This document shows positions 25,778 to 34,480 of a stretch of DNA of 64,000 nucleotides, in pieces. A program made the position numbers and the translations under genes. The notes under the pieces are model-generated. The model searched no databases and was not told the DNA's origin. It was given only the letters and a program-made list of their open reading frames with translations. Within the stretch, counting starts at the first letter, position 1. Each line of letters opens with the position of its first letter. Source of the DNA: Anaeromyxobacteraceae bacterium (lineage in GTDB: Bacteria; Myxococcota; Myxococcia; Myxococcales; Anaeromyxobacteraceae); contig JBAVCR010000182.1 of assembly GCA_049586815.1 (NCBI GenBank), positions 7,056 to 71,055 on the forward strand. The letters run 5' to 3'.

Positions 25778-27173
25778 TCGGCGATCCCGGGTGAAGGCTT
25801 AGTGGGACAGGGGGTACCTGCGCCGCCAGCAAGGCGAACCCCAGGAAGACCATGGCGCTGGCGCTCGACGTGAGGGTTGGGTTGAAGAACCCCTGTCCGA
25901 GGAAGACGGCGAAGACGACAGCGGCAGACCATCCTGTCGGCCCCGGGCCGCGCCGAAGGAGTCCCCTCATCAGCCATGCAGGAAAGAGCAGGATCACCGC
26001 ACTGCCCAGGAGGCCGAATTGCATCAGGAGCGCCGTCCACTGGTTCTCGTAGGAGTACGGGGCATCGTCGCTCCGGATGAGGGAGGCGACGTAGCTGCCC
26101 ATCCCCTTGCCCACCAGCGGACGCCGGAGGAACTCCGCAATGAGGAGCTCGCGCTGCTCGTCGCGAACGTCGTCGCCGCCGGTGCTGGCATCGCTCTGGA
26201 AGCGCGCCGTCACGGTGCTCTGGCCCATCTCCGTTCCCGCCACGACCCAGGCCATCGCCACCAGGACGGTGGCGAGCGCCCCGACGGCGATCGCGGGGTG
26301 ACGAAGCAACGTCCGCCACCAGGCGACGAGCCCTACGACGGCGAGGGCAAACCACAGGTACCGGGAAAGGGACGCCACGACACCCAGGGCGATGACGGGT
26401 GCGAGGAACCGGTTCCAGCGCGTCCAGGGGCCCGGGGACGGAGCCGCCAGACCCAGGTAGAGGATGAACGGCATTCCCAGGTCCTGGCCCATGTGGAATC
26501 GCGGAAGGCTGCCCTCGAACTCGAGCCCCATCACCTGTTGTCCGAACACGGCCTGGGCCCCGTCGCTGATCTCCGCAAAGGAGCGTTGCCCCGAGAGAAT
26601 CAGGGCCAGGGCCGCAAGCTTCGCGATGCTGTAGGCGCTGGCTCCAAGGAACATGGCCTGTGCGAAGCGAGGAAATCCGTCGCCCCAGCGAGCGAAAAGG
26701 AAGATCCCGCCCGCCACGAGCACGGCGGTCGTCAGGAGTTCGCGGAACTGGCCAAGGACGAGGGGGACCTCGTTCCCCCTGGAGAGTGCGAAGGTGGCCT
26801 CCAGCGCGAGGAAGAACACGGCGACCACGAGGACCACCGCAACCCGGCGCCCCGGTTCCGTCCAGGGCCGACCTCGCAGTTCCAGGGCGAGGGCGACGGT
26901 GATTAGGAGGAGCAGGATCGCCTTGACGTTGATGCCCAGCACCGACCCGGTCGGAAGCGCCGCGGAAACGCCCGCGAGCAAGAGGAACAGCGCCTCCGTC
27001 CCGGGTAGCCCCGGGGAGGGGGCGACGTCGTCTGCTCCCGGAATGTTCAGCTTGTCGGATGCCAAGTCGCCCGGTTCCTCGTTCGCGCTCGCGATCCCCG
27101 CAACGTGCCCCAAGGTCGCACCATCTTCAAGGGGACAAGTCGCTTCCCAGCGTCGCGGGACGCGTGCCATCAT
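25770..27173 (-). CDS. O-antigen ligase/polymerase family (Wzy-like) membrane protein, copy 1
   Basis: Polytopic membrane protein with a central SLSRYLWFALAVVGLVAWW segment and a large loop typical of Wzy_C proteins. The first ~60 codons are non-membrane and would leave only 32 nt to the divergent gene, so the true start is probably downstream of 27173. Confidence 0.6.
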   Translation of the reverse strand: MMARVPRRWEATCPLEDGATLGHVAGIASANEEPGDLASDKLNIPGADDVAPSPGLPGTEALFLLLAGVSAALPTGSVLGINVKAILLLLITVALALELRGRPWTEPGRRVAVVLVVAVFFLALEATFALSRGNEVPLVLGQFRELLTTAVLVAGGIFLFARWGDGFPRFAQAMFLGASAYSIAKLAALALILSGQRSFAEISDGAQAVFGQQVMGLEFEGSLPRFHMGQDLGMPFILYLGLAAPSPGPWTRWNRFLAPVIALGVVASLSRYLWFALAVVGLVAWWRTLLRHPAIAVGALATVLVAMAWVVAGTEMGQSTVTARFQSDASTGGDDVRDEQRELLIAEFLRRPLVGKGMGSYVASLIRSDDAPYSYENQWTALLMQFGLLGSAVILLFPAWLMRGLLRRGPGPTGWSAAVVFAVFLGQGFFNPTLTSSASAMVFLGFALLAAQVPPVPLSLHPGSPNG

Positions 27174-27205
27174 GCCGCGAAATTTCCCCGGTTGTGGAGG
27201 AGTGG

Positions 27206-28747
27206 ATGCGGATCAACGTCGTCTCGTACCTGGAGGAAGCTTCGAGCGCCGTCCGCGATGCCCGCGTCGCGATCATCGACGGCGATCGCACCTACACCTT
27301 CGCCGAGGTGAAGGCGAACGCGAAGCGTTGCGCAACCCTCATCCTCCGCCGCCACGACGCCACGGGAACCCCCATCGCCGTGTTCCTCCCGAAGTCGGCC
27401 CAGACCGTCTTCGCCGACCTCGGGATCGTCTACAGCGGAAACGCCTATACCAACCTCGACGTGAAGTCGCCCGTGCCGCGCCTGCAGGCGATCCTTCGCA
27501 ACATAGAGCCCGCCCTCGTGGTCACGTCCCGCGGGCTGATCGACCGGGTGGAAGCCCTCGGGTTCTCGCGAGACCGGATCCTCCTCGTCGAGGAGGCCGA
27601 GGACGCCTCGGTCGCCCACGACGAGCCGGTCCTGCTCCAGCGTCTCGACCGCGTCATCGACACCGACCCGCTATGCATCATCAACACCTCTGGCTCCACC
27701 GGGATCCCGAAGGGCGTGGCGCTCACCCACCGCGGGACGATCGACTTCATGGACTGGGTCTTCGATCGGTTCGACTGGGGCGGCGAGGTGCGCATCGGAA
27801 GCCTGTCCCCGTTCTACTTCGACATCTACACCCTGGAGCTGTTCCTCTGCCTGGCGCGGGGTGCGACGCTGGTCATCATCCCCGACCAGCTGGCCATCTT
27901 CCCCGCGAAGCTGATGGCGTTTCTCCAGGCCCAGGCGATCACCTTCGTCTTCTGGGTTCCGACCATCATGGTCAACATCTCGCATCAGGATCTGCTCGCG
28001 CAGTTCCCGCTGCCCTCGCTGAGCCGCGTCTTCTTCGCCGGCGAGGTGTTTCCCACGAAGCACCTCAACCGCTGGAGGAGGGCGTTGCCGGGCGCCCAGT
28101 TCGTCAATCTGTACGGGCCGATCGAGATCCACGTCGACTGCACCTACTTCGTGGTCGACCGCGACTTCGACGACTCCGAGCCCATCCCGATCGGGTTCCC
28201 GTGCCGGAACACCGATGTCCTCATCCTGAACGAGAAGAACCAGCGCTGCGGGATCGGGGAACCCGGCGAGCTGTGCATCCGCGGGAGCTCGCTCGGCCTG
28301 GGCTACTGGAACGATCGCGAGAAGACGGCCAGGGCCTTCGCCCAGAATCCACTCCAGACCCACTACCCCGAGCTCATCTACCGGACCGGGGATCTCGTTC
28401 GCACCAACGAACGCGGCGAGATCATGTTCATCGGTCGCAACGACTTCCAGATCAAGCACCAAGGCTACCGGATCGAATTGCCCGAGATCGAGCATCAGGT
28501 GCTCGCCATCGACGGGATCGTGAACGCCTGCGTCCTCTACAACAAGGACGCGAAGGAGATCACGCTCTTCTACCAGGCGATCGGCGAAGGCCCGACCACC
28601 GCCCGGATCCGGGAGGAGCTACTCAAGGTTCTCCCCAAGTACATGCTTCCCACGGCATTCCACCGCCTGGACGAGATGCCCCGGAATCCCAACGGGAAGA
28701 TCGACCGGAACGGCCTCGCAGGCCGCATCCACGGGAAGGGCGGATGA
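27206..28747 (+). CDS. stand-alone amino-acid adenylation enzyme (DltA-like carrier-protein ligase)
   Basis: The ATG at 27206 gives a 513-aa product. The A-domain cores are INTSGSTGIPKGV (A3), FYFDIYTLELF (A4, with Asp at the alpha-amino-binding position), YGPIE (A5), YRTGDLV (A7), GRNDFQIKHQGYRIELPEIE (A8) and NPNGKIDRN (A10). No C or T domain is fused. Confidence 0.85.
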   Translation: MRINVVSYLEEASSAVRDARVAIIDGDRTYTFAEVKANAKRCATLILRRHDATGTPIAVFLPKSAQTVFADLGIVYSGNAYTNLDVKSPVPRLQAILRNIEPALVVTSRGLIDRVEALGFSRDRILLVEEAEDASVAHDEPVLLQRLDRVIDTDPLCIINTSGSTGIPKGVALTHRGTIDFMDWVFDRFDWGGEVRIGSLSPFYFDIYTLELFLCLARGATLVIIPDQLAIFPAKLMAFLQAQAITFVFWVPTIMVNISHQDLLAQFPLPSLSRVFFAGEVFPTKHLNRWRRALPGAQFVNLYGPIEIHVDCTYFVVDRDFDDSEPIPIGFPCRNTDVLILNEKNQRCGIGEPGELCIRGSSLGLGYWNDREKTARAFAQNPLQTHYPELIYRTGDLVRTNERGEIMFIGRNDFQIKHQGYRIELPEIEHQVLAIDGIVNACVLYNKDAKEITLFYQAIGEGPTTARIREELLKVLPKYMLPTAFHRLDEMPRNPNGKIDRNGLAGRIHGKGG

Positions 28748-29565
28748 GCCGGCCCGTGACCGCAGGCTCCGTCCTGGAGGCCTTCGCCCGGGTGAAGTCG
28801 GGCGGCGGCGGCTTCCTCACCAACTTCTACGCGACTCCGGACATCGTCGATCGCTGGGCCACACGCGGATCGCTCCGCCTGCTGGAGCTGGAGGGCGCGG
28901 TCTTGCTGCTCCGCAGGGACCAGGACTTCGACCACCTCAGCTACGCTGCAACCGACCTGCCCCGGCTGACCGAGGCGCTCCGGGCCCCCGCCCTGGCTGG
29001 CGACACCCTGACGGCGGACCTGATCGGCAGGGAAAGTGATCTCGGTCGGGTGGTCGGGGCCTTCGAGACGGCGGAATTCCACCGTCATACCTCGCTCGTC
29101 CGGCTGACCCGGATGGCGGATCCGGCGTTTCCCGACGACTACTCGGATTCCCAAGTGGTGTCCGGTCGCCGCGAGGACGGCCCCGCCGTTCAGGCCTTCC
29201 TGGCGCGGCTCCTCGATCGCTTCGCGGAACAGCTTCCCGAGGTCGACGAGATCGAGGCTGCCGCCGAGCGGGGGAACCTGCTGCTCGAGCGGCGCGGCGC
29301 CGACCTCGGAGGGGTCCTCCTCTTCGAGGCCACCGGGCAGACCGCAGTGCTGCGTTACTGGTTCGTCAACGACAGGTTCCGGGATCAGGGCATCGGCGCG
29401 CGCCTCATCAAGACCTTCTTTCGCACCTGCCGGTCGAGCCGCCGCATCGTGCTATGGGTGATCGCCGACAACCACGACTCGATCGCCAAGTACGGGCACT
29501 ATCGGTTCCGGCCCGAAGGTTTGGTCGATCACGTGATGATCCGGAAGGGAGAACGCCTCGCGTGA
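28744..29565 (+). CDS. GNAT-family acyltransferase-like protein
   Basis: The ATG at 28744 overlaps the upstream stop (ATGA). The product is 273 aa. The C-terminal half carries a GNAT motif-A-like segment (YWFVNDRFRDQGIGARLI ... IVLWV...N..SI..Y...GF). Only the last 273 codons of the 970-aa track ORF were accepted. Confidence 0.55.
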   Translation: MSRPVTAGSVLEAFARVKSGGGGFLTNFYATPDIVDRWATRGSLRLLELEGAVLLLRRDQDFDHLSYAATDLPRLTEALRAPALAGDTLTADLIGRESDLGRVVGAFETAEFHRHTSLVRLTRMADPAFPDDYSDSQVVSGRREDGPAVQAFLARLLDRFAEQLPEVDEIEAAAERGNLLLERRGADLGGVLLFEATGQTAVLRYWFVNDRFRDQGIGARLIKTFFRTCRSSRRIVLWVIADNHDSIAKYGHYRFRPEGLVDHVMIRKGERLA

Positions 29566-29792
29566 ATCGCATCGAAGAAGTTTTGAAGGGCATCCGGCCC
29601 GAGTTCGATTTCACGAAGTCGCAGGACTTCATCTCCGACGGCATGCTCGATTCCTTCGACGTCGTCACCCTCGTCTCCGAACTGGACCGGACGTACGGCA
29701 TCTCCATCGAGGGCACCGACATCCTTCCCGAGAACGTCCAGAGCATCGATGCCATCCGGAGGCTCCTCCGGAAGTACGGGGTCGCTCCGTGA
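29562..29792 (+). CDS. acyl/aminoacyl carrier protein 1 (DltC-like)
   Basis: The GTG at 29562 overlaps the upstream stop (GTGA). The product is 76 aa. The phosphopantetheine-site motif is DGMLDSFDVVTLVSELD. Confidence 0.75.
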   Translation: MNRIEEVLKGIRPEFDFTKSQDFISDGMLDSFDVVTLVSELDRTYGISIEGTDILPENVQSIDAIRRLLRKYGVAP

Positions 29793-30883
29793 ACCTGGCA
29801 TTCCGGGGCAGGAAGATCGCCGGGCTGCTCACGGTTCTTCCCGCGAACGAGCGGACCTTCGTGGAGGAGATGTCGAACTTCAACTTCCCGGTGGCCCGCT
29901 CGATGAAGCTGAAGGAGGTGATGGGGTACGACAGGCACCGCCTCGTCGACGGCCCGGTTTGTGCCAGCGACCTGGCCGTGCACGGCCTCGAGCACCTCTT
30001 CGCCTCCGGGCGCCTCGGGCGTGACGACTTCGACGCGCTGGTCGTCGTCACCCAGTCCCCCGACTTCCTCATGCCGCCGACGAGTAGCGTGATCCAGGGC
30101 CGCCTCGGCCTCAAACACGACCTGTTCTGCCTGGACATCAACCAGGGATGCGCAGGTTTCCTCATCGGCCTGATGCAGGGGTTCCTGCTCCTCGACCAGC
30201 CCACGATCTCCCGCGTCGTTCTCGTCAACGTCGACGTGCTGAGCCGAAAGGTCTCCACCAAGGACCGGAACAGCTACCCCCTCATCGGTGATGCAGCGTC
30301 GATCGCCGTCCTGGAACGAAGCGAAGACCCCGGAATCATCCACGCCAACCTCAAGATGGACGGTACCCGCGCGCAGGCACTCACCATCCCCGCGGGTGGC
30401 TTCCGGCTTCCCTCCAGCCCGGAGACCGCCGTCATGGAGGAGGACGCCGAGGGGAATCTCCGGGCGAAGGACCACCTGCGGATGGACGGGTCGGCCGTGT
30501 TCAATTTCGTCCAGGTCGAGGTCCCGCCGATGATCGACGCGCTGCTCGCCACGGCCGGGGTCACGCACGCGGAAGTCGACGCCTACCTCTTCCACCAGCC
30601 CAACCGGTTCATGCTCCAGAAGCTGGCGGACAAGATGAAGGTTCCTCACGAAAAGATGCCGAGCAACATCGTGGAACATTTCGGAAATTCCAGCGGAGTC
30701 ACCATCCCGCTCGCCATCGTCTTCAACTTGCGGGAGAAACTCCTCTCCGATAGCATCCGCGCCTGCTTGGCTGGGTTCGGGGTGGGGCTGACCTGGAGCT
30801 CGATGCTCCTGCGCCTTGGCCCCATGAATTTCTGCGACATGATCGATTTCGAGGGGGGAAGTGTCCGTGCAGGAGTTTCTTGA
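29789..30883 (+). CDS. KASIII (FabH-like) ketosynthase/acyltransferase
   Basis: The GTG at 29789 overlaps the upstream stop (GTGA). The product is 364 aa. The Cys-His-Asn triad contexts are intact: DINQGCAGF, LFHQPNRFM and FGNSSGVTIPLA. Confidence 0.85.
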   Translation: MNLAFRGRKIAGLLTVLPANERTFVEEMSNFNFPVARSMKLKEVMGYDRHRLVDGPVCASDLAVHGLEHLFASGRLGRDDFDALVVVTQSPDFLMPPTSSVIQGRLGLKHDLFCLDINQGCAGFLIGLMQGFLLLDQPTISRVVLVNVDVLSRKVSTKDRNSYPLIGDAASIAVLERSEDPGIIHANLKMDGTRAQALTIPAGGFRLPSSPETAVMEEDAEGNLRAKDHLRMDGSAVFNFVQVEVPPMIDALLATAGVTHAEVDAYLFHQPNRFMLQKLADKMKVPHEKMPSNIVEHFGNSSGVTIPLAIVFNLREKLLSDSIRACLAGFGVGLTWSSMLLRLGPMNFCDMIDFEGGSVRAGVS

Positions 30884-31088
30884 AGGACTTGCCGAGATTC
30901 TCGACGTGGACGAGGTGAAGGCGTCCGATACCCTGGACGGCTTCCCCGAGTGGGACTCGCTGGCGGTCCTCTCGGTCGTGGCGAGCGTCGACTCGAAGTA
31001 CGGTGTGAACCTGACCTCGGCCGAGGTTCGGGGCGCCGCGACTCCGGAGGCCCTCTTCGCGGTCATCGCCCGGAAGCGTGCCGGCTAG
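30861..31088 (+). CDS. acyl carrier protein 2
   Basis: 75 aa with the motif FPEWDSLAVLSVV (Ser attachment site). It overlaps the 3' end of the KASIII gene. Confidence 0.7.
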   Translation: MSVQEFLEGLAEILDVDEVKASDTLDGFPEWDSLAVLSVVASVDSKYGVNLTSAEVRGAATPEALFAVIARKRAG

Positions 31089-31842
31089 CCCGATGGACCT
31101 TGCCGGGCGGCATTACCTCGTCACCGGCGCAGGTTCGGGGATCGGCAGGGCCGTCGCCACGCTGCTGGCGGAAAGGGGTGCGACGACGAGCCTCGTCGAC
31201 GTGGCCCCGGCCGGCCTGGAGGAGACGGCCTCCCGACTCCCTGGGGGGCGCCACGGGGCTCACGTCTTCGACCTCCGGGCGACCGAAGGCATCGAGGGCC
31301 TGGTGGCGTCGGTGGTCTCGGCCGGGGGCCTCCTCCACGGAGTCGTCCACGCGGCGGGCATCCAGCAGGTCGCCCCCGTGCGCGTGCTCCATCCGGCGAG
31401 CTGGCGGGAGATCTTCGCGGTGAACACGGAGGCCGGCCTGGCGCTCGCCAAGACCCTGTCGAGTCGCAAGGTCTATGCTGGGAGCCACGGGGCCGTGGTC
31501 TTCATCTCCTCCGTGATCGGACTGACCGGCAGCCCGGGTGCCGTGGCGTACTCGATGAGCAAGTCGGCCCTCCACGGCATGACCCGGTCGCTCGCCCTCG
31601 ACCTGGCGCCCCGGAAGATCCGCGTGAACTGCGTCGCGCCTGGGTTCGTTCGCACGCCGCTGCTCGAACGCACCGAGAGGCTCTGGACGGAGGACCAGCG
31701 GAGGCAGGTGGAGGCGAGACACCCGCTGGGATTCGGGGAGCCTGAGGACGTAGCGAACGCCGTCGCCTTTCTCGTCGCCGACACCGGAAGGTGGATCACG
31801 GGAACGGTCCTCGTCGTGGACGGGGGGTACCTGGCCCAATGA
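31078..31842 (+). CDS. SDR-family oxidoreductase 1 (FabG-like ketoreductase)
   Basis: It has TGAGSGIGRAVA (TGxxxGxG), the catalytic YSMSKSAL (YxxxK) and the C-terminal GTVLVVDGGY. The alternative ATG at 31093 is possible. Confidence 0.85.
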   Translation: MPASPMDLAGRHYLVTGAGSGIGRAVATLLAERGATTSLVDVAPAGLEETASRLPGGRHGAHVFDLRATEGIEGLVASVVSAGGLLHGVVHAAGIQQVAPVRVLHPASWREIFAVNTEAGLALAKTLSSRKVYAGSHGAVVFISSVIGLTGSPGAVAYSMSKSALHGMTRSLALDLAPRKIRVNCVAPGFVRTPLLERTERLWTEDQRRQVEARHPLGFGEPEDVANAVAFLVADTGRWITGTVLVVDGGYLAQ

Positions 31843-32591
31843 CCGAACGGCCCATGCTGACGCTCCTCACCGGAGCCTCCTCGGGAATCGGGCGGCAGAT
31901 GGCCATCCGGCTCTCCGCGACGCGCAGGCTCCTCCTGCACGGCCGGGATGCGGCACGGCTCGCCTCCACGCTGGCGGCCTGCCACGACCCGTCCTCGCAT
32001 CGGATCTGGCGCCACGATCTCTCCGATTCCGCCGGCGTCGGGGGCGAACTCTCCCGCGTCATGGAGGAGCAGCAGGTCGCCGTCGACGGATTCGTCCACT
32101 GCGCCGCGCTCCTCCAGATCCTGCCGCTGCGAAACCATCCGCTCGAGGACGTCCGGAAGACCTTCGAGGTGAACTTCTTTTCGGCCATGGAGATCTCGAG
32201 GGCGCTGACCCGGAAGAAGGTGAACGAGCGGCACCTCCGCTCGATCGTGTTCATCTCCAGCATCGCCAGCCAGTTCGGCGCGCGCGGGTTCTCGGCCTAC
32301 TGCGCCTCCAAGGGGGCGCTCGACGCGCTCATGAAGGCGCTGGCCGTCGAGCTCGCCCCGGGGGTTCGCGTCAACTCCGTCCTGCCAGGGGGAATCCGGA
32401 CCGAGATGACCGCGAAGATCTTCGAGACCCCCGAGACGGCAGCGAGGCTGGAGAAGGATTACCCCCTGGGCATCGGGGAGCCCGAGGACGTCATCCAAAT
32501 GGTGGACTTCCTCCTGTCGGATAGGGCCCGGTGGATCACCGGGCAGCAGATGGTCGTGGACGGTGGCCGCACGGCGAACATCACCGCCTGA
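31839..32591 (+). CDS. SDR-family oxidoreductase 2
   Basis: The ATG at 31839 overlaps the upstream stop (ATGA). The product is 250 aa with TGASSGIGRQMA, YCASKGAL and GQQMVVDGG. Confidence 0.8.
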   Translation: MTERPMLTLLTGASSGIGRQMAIRLSATRRLLLHGRDAARLASTLAACHDPSSHRIWRHDLSDSAGVGGELSRVMEEQQVAVDGFVHCAALLQILPLRNHPLEDVRKTFEVNFFSAMEISRALTRKKVNERHLRSIVFISSIASQFGARGFSAYCASKGALDALMKALAVELAPGVRVNSVLPGGIRTEMTAKIFETPETAARLEKDYPLGIGEPEDVIQMVDFLLSDRARWITGQQMVVDGGRTANITA

Positions 32592-33237
32592 TCGCGGCGC
32601 GCTGGGGCTCGTCGTCGAGGTCGTGCAGAGCACCCTCTTCGGCCAGAACTCCTACCTCGTGGTGGCTCCGAAGGAGGCAGCGGCCGTGGTCGTGGACCCC
32701 GGATTCGGTTGCGCCGAGGAGATTGGCGCACGGCTGGAGACCCGGGCAGCGAGCCTCGATCTCATCCTGCTCACCCACGAGCACTTCGATCACCTCGGTA
32801 ACCTGAACGAGCTGAAGGCCGCCCACGGTGGAAAGGTGGTGGCCACGCGGGAATGCTCGGGGCGGCTCGGGGATCCCAAGGCGAATCTCTCGGCGTTCCA
32901 CGGCGGCCTGAGCTACTCGGCGGGCCCTGCGGACTTGATCGTCGAGGACGTGGGCCCGGTCCTCGACTGGCGCGGGCACGCGATCCGGTTCCATCCCAGC
33001 CCCGGTCACTCCCCGGGAAGCCACTGCATCGAGATCGAGGGGCGTCTCTTCACGGGTGATACGCTCATCCCGGGGACGAAAACGGTGGTAAAGCTTCCTG
33101 GAGGCAGCAAGGAAAAGCTCGCTGCCACCATGCATTACATCTTCTCGACCTTCCCTGGCGCCACGCTCGTGCACCCCGGCCACGGTCCAGTCATCCCCCT
33201 CTCCGCAACCTGCCAGGAACTGCACCTGCCCCCGTGA
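32563..33237 (+). CDS. MBL-fold metallo-hydrolase
   Basis: It has the LLTHEHFDH (HxHxDH) zinc motif, followed by PGHSPGS and HPGHG. The exact start between 32563 and ~32620 is uncertain. Confidence 0.7.
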   Translation: MAARRTSPPDRGALGLVVEVVQSTLFGQNSYLVVAPKEAAAVVVDPGFGCAEEIGARLETRAASLDLILLTHEHFDHLGNLNELKAAHGGKVVATRECSGRLGDPKANLSAFHGGLSYSAGPADLIVEDVGPVLDWRGHAIRFHPSPGHSPGSHCIEIEGRLFTGDTLIPGTKTVVKLPGGSKEKLAATMHYIFSTFPGATLVHPGHGPVIPLSATCQELHLPP

Positions 33238-33827
33238 TGAAGAGGCTCTTCGATCTCGTGCTCGCCGGCCTGCTCCTCGTGCCGCTCCTCCCGATCCTCG
33301 CGATCGAGGCGCTGGCCATCCGGATCGACTCCAAGGGCAGCCCGCTGTTCGTCCAGGAACGGGTGGGGCTGCGTGGCCGGTCCTTCCGCATGTTCAAGTT
33401 CCGGACGATGGTCCCCCCGGAGCACAGCCTCGACGCCACCGGAAAGCTGAGGCCTGACGCGGAACGAATCACCAGGCTCGGCGCCTTCCTCCGCAAGACC
33501 AGCCTCGACGAGCTCCCCCAGCTCTTCAACATCATCCGGGGCGACATGAGCTTCGTCGGGCCGCGGCCGACGTTGCGGTACCAGGTCGATCGGTACGACG
33601 GGTTCCAGCGTCGGCGCCTGGAAGTCAAGCCTGGCATCACCGGGCTCGCCCAGATCCGGGGCAGGAACAGACTGTCCTGGGAGGAGAAGATCCGGCACGA
33701 CGTCGAGTACGTCGACACGCGCTCGTTCCTGGGAGACCTCGGAATCCTGGCCGCCACGGTGCGCGTCGTGCTCCGTCGTGAGGACGTCGAGTTCGTGAAG
33801 AACGACCGCATCAGCAAGGTCGACTGA
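33234..33827 (+). CDS. small monotopic phosphoglycosyl transferase (PglC/WbaP-C-terminal-type sugar transferase)
   Basis: 197 aa with KRLFDL.LAG..L....P......A.I...S.GSPLF.QERVG..G..F.M.KFRTM ... DELPQLFN...G.MS.VGPRP. The start overlaps the upstream stop. Confidence 0.9.
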   Translation: MMKRLFDLVLAGLLLVPLLPILAIEALAIRIDSKGSPLFVQERVGLRGRSFRMFKFRTMVPPEHSLDATGKLRPDAERITRLGAFLRKTSLDELPQLFNIIRGDMSFVGPRPTLRYQVDRYDGFQRRRLEVKPGITGLAQIRGRNRLSWEEKIRHDVEYVDTRSFLGDLGILAATVRVVLRREDVEFVKNDRISKVD

Positions 33828-33841
33828 ACCAGGTGGGCGCC

Positions 33842-34471
33842 ATGAGCCGGAGACTCTTCATCGTCGGTGCAGGTTCCTTCGGGCGCGAGTTGGAGGGCCA
33901 CCTGGCGGCCGTCCCGTCCGGTCGTCGCGACTGGGAAGTCGAGGGATTCCTCGACGACGACCCGGCTGCTCTCGAAGGCTTTCCGTCCGACCACCGTGTG
34001 CTGGGGCCGGTCGATGGATTCGGCTTTCGCGACGGGGACCTCGCCGTCCTCGCAATCGCCAAGCCCTCCACGAAGAGGAAGGTCTTCGAGAGCCTAGCGG
34101 GACGGGTCGAGGTCATGACCTTCGTCTCGCCCGACGCCATCGTCGGCAAATTCACGAGACTGGGGACAGGGTGCGTGATCGGGCCACGGGTGATCCTGGG
34201 GCCGAACGTCACGCTCGGGGACGCCGTGTTCGTGAACTCCGGGTCGATGGTGGGTCACGACGCTTCCATCGGTTCCTTCAGCTCCCTCATGGCAGCGAAC
34301 AACGTCGCCGGCGGGTGTCGCATCGGGGAGGGGGTCTTCGCTGCGTCCACGGTCACCATCATCCCGGGTCGCAAGATCTGCGACGGCGCCTACCTCGGGG
34401 CGGGAAGCGTCGTCATCCAGGACGTGAAGGAGCCCCGGACCGTGTTCGGAAACCCGGCTCGCTACGTCTGA
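33842..34471 (+). CDS. NeuD/PglD-family sugar N-acyltransferase (left-handed beta-helix)
   Basis: It has an N-terminal Rossmann-like LFIVGAGSFGRE segment and C-terminal hexapeptide repeats (IG.G.VIGP.V.LGPNV.LGD.VFVNSGS.VGHD..IG). The ATG at 33842 is preferred (AGGTGGG upstream); the track start is the GTG at 33833. Confidence 0.8.
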   Translation: MSRRLFIVGAGSFGRELEGHLAAVPSGRRDWEVEGFLDDDPAALEGFPSDHRVLGPVDGFGFRDGDLAVLAIAKPSTKRKVFESLAGRVEVMTFVSPDAIVGKFTRLGTGCVIGPRVILGPNVTLGDAVFVNSGSMVGHDASIGSFSSLMAANNVAGGCRIGEGVFAASTVTIIPGRKICDGAYLGAGSVVIQDVKEPRTVFGNPARYV

Positions 34472-34480
34472 GGGAGCGCA

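Noticed and set aside
26653-28743. First ~700 codons of the 970-aa ORF 26653-29565
   Set aside because: This part lies in an alternative frame over the Wzy-like and adenylation genes and is low-complexity. Only the segment from the ATG at 28744 (GNAT-like, coupled ATGA) was kept.
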